Part shown: in pieces, positions 7,195 to 10,343 of the stretch | Position numbering within the stretch: position 1 is the stretch's first letter | Layout of the letters: the number at the start of each line of letters is the position of its first letter | Source: Oligoflexales bacterium | Lineage (GTDB): Bacteria > Bdellovibrionota_B > Oligoflexia > Oligoflexales > JBIKVD01 | Direction of reading: 5' to 3' | DNA length: 10,343 nucleotides | NCBI GenBank assembly: GCA_044357055.1 | Contig: JBIKVD010000138.1 | Location: 1-10,343, forward strand | Notes under the pieces: generated by a model | The model's database searches: none | Seen by the model: the letters and a program-made list of their open reading frames with translations, nothing else | Told to the model about the DNA's origin: nothing | Made by a program: the position numbers and the translations under genes

Positions 7195-7393
7195 TTTATC
7201 AAAGTTAAAAGAGGTAAAAAATCCTTACCCCCGAAAGAAAAAGGCCGTGGGTATTAACCTTAGTCCTGCAGTCATAGATTACTTTAAAAAACTTTCTGAT
7301 GAATCAGGGATTCCGTATCAGAAATTGATCGACCTATATCTGCTCGATTGTGTGAAGAGCAAAAAGAAACTGTCGTTGAAATGGGTAGCCTAA
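7178..7393 (+). CDS. brnA: Type II antitoxin BrnA (COG3514, RHH-like). An alternative start at 7163 is possible.
   Basis: The 71-aa protein MKKEYDLSKLKEV...KKAVGINLSPAVIDYFKKLSDESGIPYQKLIDLYL has the typical BrnA MKKEYDFSK start and an RHH-like C-terminal region. A GGAAG run lies 4 nt upstream of ATG 7178. It overlaps the brnT 3' end by 17 nt. Confidence 0.8.
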   Translation: MKKEYDLSKLKEVKNPYPRKKKAVGINLSPAVIDYFKKLSDESGIPYQKLIDLYLLDCVKSKKKLSLKWVA

Positions 7394-7455
7394 GCGGACC
7401 ATGACTCCCTCCAGCGCCTTTTTAACGGTAGCTAGATCCATTTCGAGGTTAAATA

Positions 7456-7600
7456 ATGAAAATTGTTCATCGGCCCGAAGCTGGGAAAATCCGAGTCGAC
7501 CATTCGGCGTATGATAAAAGAGGGCAAGCTTAAATATGTAAAGCCCAATGGCAAAGACTACCGATTCAAGAAATCAGATGTCATAAAATTGATAGCTTAA
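7456..7600 (+). pseudogene. Remnant of an AlpA/excisionase-family HTH gene, frameshifted or N-terminally truncated.
   Basis: The frame at 7463-7600 encodes (L)FIGPKLGKSESTIRRMIKEGKLKYVKPNGKDYRFKKSDVIKLIA*. This fits the Xis/AlpA consensus (LG.S.STIYR.I.EGK.P..K.G...R....V..W). However, it lacks about 8-10 N-terminal residues of helix 2, and a TAA-TGA double stop lies immediately upstream. A well-placed ATG at 7456 (GAGG plus 7 nt) is in a different frame and terminates after 25 codons. Confidence 0.4.
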
Positions 7601-7704
7601 GGTTGCCTGTAGCAGGTCGGACTGACACCCAAATCATTTACAATGCTCGCGCCCTTGCTCTAAACCGAGATCACAATTCCTTACAAATCTGCTCGACCGG
7701 CTGA

Positions 7705-7714
7705 TAGATATCTA
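7705..7714. promoter_or_regulatory. Perfect 10-bp palindrome TAGATATCTA about 45 bp upstream of the flotillin start. Candidate operator.
   Basis: The palindrome is seen directly. It shares an AGATAT/ATATCT core with the brnT operator. Confidence 0.2.
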
Positions 7715-7757
7715 GTAAGTTATTGAACTCATTCGTCTTCAGTCTTCGAGGAAAAGT

Positions 7758-9173
7758 ATGGACTACTCACCTGCAATGGTTGTAATTGCCTTTTTTTGCG
7801 TCATAGTTCTCATCATAACGATCATTGCGGTTTTTTTGCGGCGAGTCGTTCCCACCAATGAAGTGCACATCGTCCAATCCGGCAAGTCGACAGTTTCTTA
7901 CGGCAAAGATCATAGCTCCGGAAACTCCTATTATGAATGGCCGTCTTGGATTCCGAAGTTTGGTATTGTAAAAATCATTCTGCCAGTCTCAGTTTTTGAC
8001 GAAGATCTTGAGTCGTACGAGGCTTACGACAAGGGGAGGTTGCCCTTTGTGGTCGACGTCAAAGCCTTTTTCCGCATTACCGATTCGAACATGGCCGCAC
8101 AACGAGTCAGTTCCTTTGATGAGCTTCGCAACCAATTGAGAGCCATCCTGCAAGGAGCGGTTCGTACCATCTTAGCGTCAGCCGATATCGAAGAAATCAT
8201 GCAGGGTCGCAGCCAGTTTGGTGAGCAGTTTACCAGTGAAGTGGAATCTCAGTTGAAGAACTGGGGTGTCTCCACCGTTAAAAACATTGAATTGATGGAT
8301 ATCCGAGATTCGGAATCATCCCATGTCATCAAAAATATTATGGAAAAAAAGAAGTCGTTGATTGAGATGCAGAGTCGTATCGAGGTTGCGGAAAACCTGA
8401 AACGAGCCAGCATCGCGGAAATCGACGCAAAACGTGAGACCGACATTCAGCAACAAGATGCCTTGCAAAAAGTTGGTTCTAGGACCGCGGAGAAAGATAA
8501 GGAAGTGGGGATTTCTAATGAGCTGGCCCTACAATCCATTAAGGAGCAAGCTCGTTCCACAGCCGAAAAAGAACTGGCCATCACGAAAGTGAAAGACGTA
8601 ACAAAAGCAGAAATTAGCAAGGCGGTAGAAATCGTCAAAGCAAATCAAGACAAGGAAACAGCAGCCATTAATAAAGAAATGGCACTGATTCGCGCTTCCC
8701 AGGATAAAGAAACAAAAATCTTGATTGCCGAAGGTGAAAAGGCAACGACGATCTTGCATGCTGAAGGGGATCTTGAAAGTAAACGAAGAGAATCTGAGGG
8801 TATCGCCGTCGAAGGTATCGCTAAGGCCGATGCGGAAAAGGCCATGCAATTGGCACCGGTCCAGGCCCAAATTGTTTTGGCAAAAGAAATCGGTACTAAT
8901 GACGCCTACCAAAAATACTTGATTACCATCGAGCAAGTGAAAGCCACTCAAGCGGTGGGAATCGAACAGGCAAAGGCATTATCCCATGCCGAGCTTAAGA
9001 TTATCGCCAATTCCGGCACCGTGGAACATGGCATGAAGAACCTTATGGATGTTTTTTCATCCAATGGCGGAACCAATCTTGGGGCCATGCTCGAGGGCCT
9101 AGCGCAGACTCCACAAGGGGACGCCATCTTGAAAAAAGTAGGAATCCATCCCGAGGCCCCGCCAAGCAAATAG
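7758..9173 (+). CDS. Flotillin / SPFH (band 7) family membrane protein, YqiK/FloT-like.
   Basis: There is an N-terminal transmembrane helix (MVVIAFFCVIVLIITIIAVFL). An SPFH domain follows (VVPTNEVHIVQSG...LPFVVDVKAFFRI...). Then comes a long charged, A/E/K-rich coiled-coil region and a conserved flotillin C-terminus. GAGGA lies 5 nt upstream of the ATG. Confidence 0.8.
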   Translation: MDYSPAMVVIAFFCVIVLIITIIAVFLRRVVPTNEVHIVQSGKSTVSYGKDHSSGNSYYEWPSWIPKFGIVKIILPVSVFDEDLESYEAYDKGRLPFVVDVKAFFRITDSNMAAQRVSSFDELRNQLRAILQGAVRTILASADIEEIMQGRSQFGEQFTSEVESQLKNWGVSTVKNIELMDIRDSESSHVIKNIMEKKKSLIEMQSRIEVAENLKRASIAEIDAKRETDIQQQDALQKVGSRTAEKDKEVGISNELALQSIKEQARSTAEKELAITKVKDVTKAEISKAVEIVKANQDKETAAINKEMALIRASQDKETKILIAEGEKATTILHAEGDLESKRRESEGIAVEGIAKADAEKAMQLAPVQAQIVLAKEIGTNDAYQKYLITIEQVKATQAVGIEQAKALSHAELKIIANSGTVEHGMKNLMDVFSSNGGTNLGAMLEGLAQTPQGDAILKKVGIHPEAPPSK

Positions 9174-9250
9174 GATGGCCTATTTTCAAGAATAAGTGGG
9201 TCCGGACATCTCGAGGATCTGGATCCGGCACTTGCGACGCGACCTGTTTC

Positions 9251-9820
9251 TTAGGTTTCACTTTCCGCTAACTGCGGCCACATTTCCGAAATTTGGCTGG
9301 GCCGCAGCAGAGTGATCAGGCTAGCAAATTTCCCCCGTCCTGAGGTGAGATCTTGCCAGCTAAGACCAGGTTCCAGCTGCAATAACGCAAGAGTCGCGGG
9401 TTTGATGTCCTGAGTCAGACCGCAGGCCTGCTCCAGAAAATACTCCAGATCAGGATTGTGAGCGATCAGCAGCGGGCAGTGGTATTCGTCTGGGATTTTC
9501 TGTAATTCCGCAAAATAAGCCTCGATCCCTTCAAAATACAGGGGATCAGCAGTAAACACGGGCGCCTCGCCTGTGCTGCTTTGGAAGGTGTCTTTGAAAC
9601 AGCGGTAGGTCTCCATTGTGCGTTTGGCCGGGGAAACCACGTAGAGATCGACTGGATAACTCTGATGTTTGGCAAAGGCCCCCATCAGACGTGCCTGCCA
9701 AATGCCTTTGGGGCTGAGAGGCCGATCTTTATCAGCCATTTCGGGTCCAGCAGGATCAGATTTAGCGTGCCGCATCACGAGCAAGTATTTGGGCGCTGGG
9801 GCTGAGAGGTCGCGATTCAT
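9251..9820 (-). CDS. Histidine phosphatase superfamily protein, SixA-like phosphohistidine phosphatase.
   Basis: The N-terminal YLLVMRHAKSDPAG......DRPLSPKGIWQARLMG matches the SixA/PGAM-like RHG catalytic motif and the DRPL...G loop. It sits 28 nt downstream of rlmN on the same strand. Confidence 0.65.
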   Translation of the reverse strand: MNRDLSAPAPKYLLVMRHAKSDPAGPEMADKDRPLSPKGIWQARLMGAFAKHQSYPVDLYVVSPAKRTMETYRCFKDTFQSSTGEAPVFTADPLYFEGIEAYFAELQKIPDEYHCPLLIAHNPDLEYFLEQACGLTQDIKPATLALLQLEPGLSWQDLTSGRGKFASLITLLRPSQISEMWPQLAESET

Positions 9821-9848
9821 GAAATACCTACCTTTAAAAACGAAACGT

Positions 9849-10343
9849 CTATGAGGGCGCAGAGGACTGCTGCAGAGATTGAGATAGCGACTGAGAAAGC
9901 GGTAAGGCTTGAGAGTTCAACAAACTTTTGCGGCTCGGAAGTTCCTGCAAATTTTGCGTGGTCTTGGCAGCTAGCTGACCGCATGCGCCAGAAACCTCTA
10001 AACCCTTGCTATAGCGCACCGGGGCCGGGATGCTGCGAGAGGCCAGGAACTGCTGAAATTCTCGGATTTCTTCCTCGCTAGGGCGCTGGTAGCCAAGACC
10101 TGGGTGTTCATTAAAGGCAATCAAATTCACCTTTGCCGATAAGCCCGCCAAGAACTTAACCAAGTGAGCCGCTTGCGTGGTGGTGCAAGTCTTGTCTTTG
10201 ATCAGAATAAACTCGATCGTGACTTTACGGCCCGTTTCCTTTTGATGATATAATAAGGCTTTTTTCAATTCGGCCAGCGGGTAACGCCGATTGATGGGCA
10301 TAAGTTCGGTACGCAGTTCATCATTGGCCGCATGCAGCGACAG
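9849..10343 (-). CDS. rlmN: 23S rRNA m2A2503 / tRNA m2A37 radical-SAM methyltransferase RlmN, C-terminal part. The 5' end lies beyond the window edge.
   Basis: Reverse translation of the window end gives LSLHAANDELRTELMPINRRYPL..., which matches the RlmN SLHAPNDELR...PIN motif. Downstream are NLIAFNEHPG and the C-terminal ACGQLA motif. The frame is open to position 10343. Confidence 0.85.
   Translation of the reverse strand: MSLHAANDELRTELMPINRRYPLAELKKALLYHQKETGRKVTIEFILIKDKTCTTTQAAHLVKFLAGLSAKVNLIAFNEHPGLGYQRPSEEEIREFQQFLASRSIPAPVRYSKGLEVSGACGQLAAKTTQNLQELPSRKSLLNSQALPLSQSLSQSLQQSSAPS

Noticed and set aside
6873-7730. Shared words (TATTGAAATC versus TATTGAACTC, and ATCTAGCAA versus ATCTAGTAA) at the two edges of the BrnTA/Xis AT-rich patch, as possible flanking repeats.
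   Set aside because: The motifs occur in opposite order at the two ends and are short AT-rich words that recur by chance. They are not a coherent direct or inverted repeat.
9174-9250. A possible bidirectional terminator between the convergent flotillin and sixA-like genes.
   Set aside because: Only 5-bp palindromes are present and there is no U-rich tract on either strand, so it is not convincing as an intrinsic terminator.
8249-9261. A cluster of minus-strand ORFs of 63-140 aa inside the flotillin gene.
   Set aside because: They are antisense to the coiled-coil region. A GAA/AAG-rich sense strand gives long open antisense frames by chance, and their translations are low complexity (F/L/S-rich).

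Overview
This looks like a bacterial chromosomal window of about 50% GC with mostly ordinary genes, interrupted by two AT-richer patches that look horizontally acquired. All calls below come from reading the translations and the DNA by eye; no searches were run.

Genes in order:
- recJ, a DHH/DHHA1 single-strand DNA exonuclease.
- An orphan NtrC-like response regulator. It has a full receiver and AAA+ domain, but its GAFTGA motif is degenerate (GAGTAQ) and it has no C-terminal HTH.
- An AT-rich patch of about 1.4 kb (~3055-4420). It carries two small exported proteins on the minus strand: a 70-aa cysteine-rich lipoprotein and a 131-aa signal-peptide protein. It is bracketed by a 25-bp imperfect direct repeat (21/25).
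- A (CCTG)5 tetranucleotide repeat immediately followed by a TTGACG -35-like hexamer, upstream of a large beta-propeller lipoprotein gene.
- A second AT-rich patch (~6840-7750). It holds a BrnT/BrnA type II toxin-antitoxin pair with a perfect palindromic operator over a putative leaderless promoter, followed by a frameshifted or truncated AlpA/excisionase-family HTH remnant.
- A flotillin/SPFH (YqiK-like) membrane protein.
- A minus-strand rlmN (5' end outside the window) followed by a sixA-like histidine phosphatase.

I do not recognise a clear, complete novel multi-gene system. The most suspicious loci are the repeat-flanked AT-rich mini-islet with its promoter-proximal repeat, the HTH-less and GAFTGA-less activator-like regulator, and the toxin-antitoxin plus Xis-remnant scar next to the flotillin gene.
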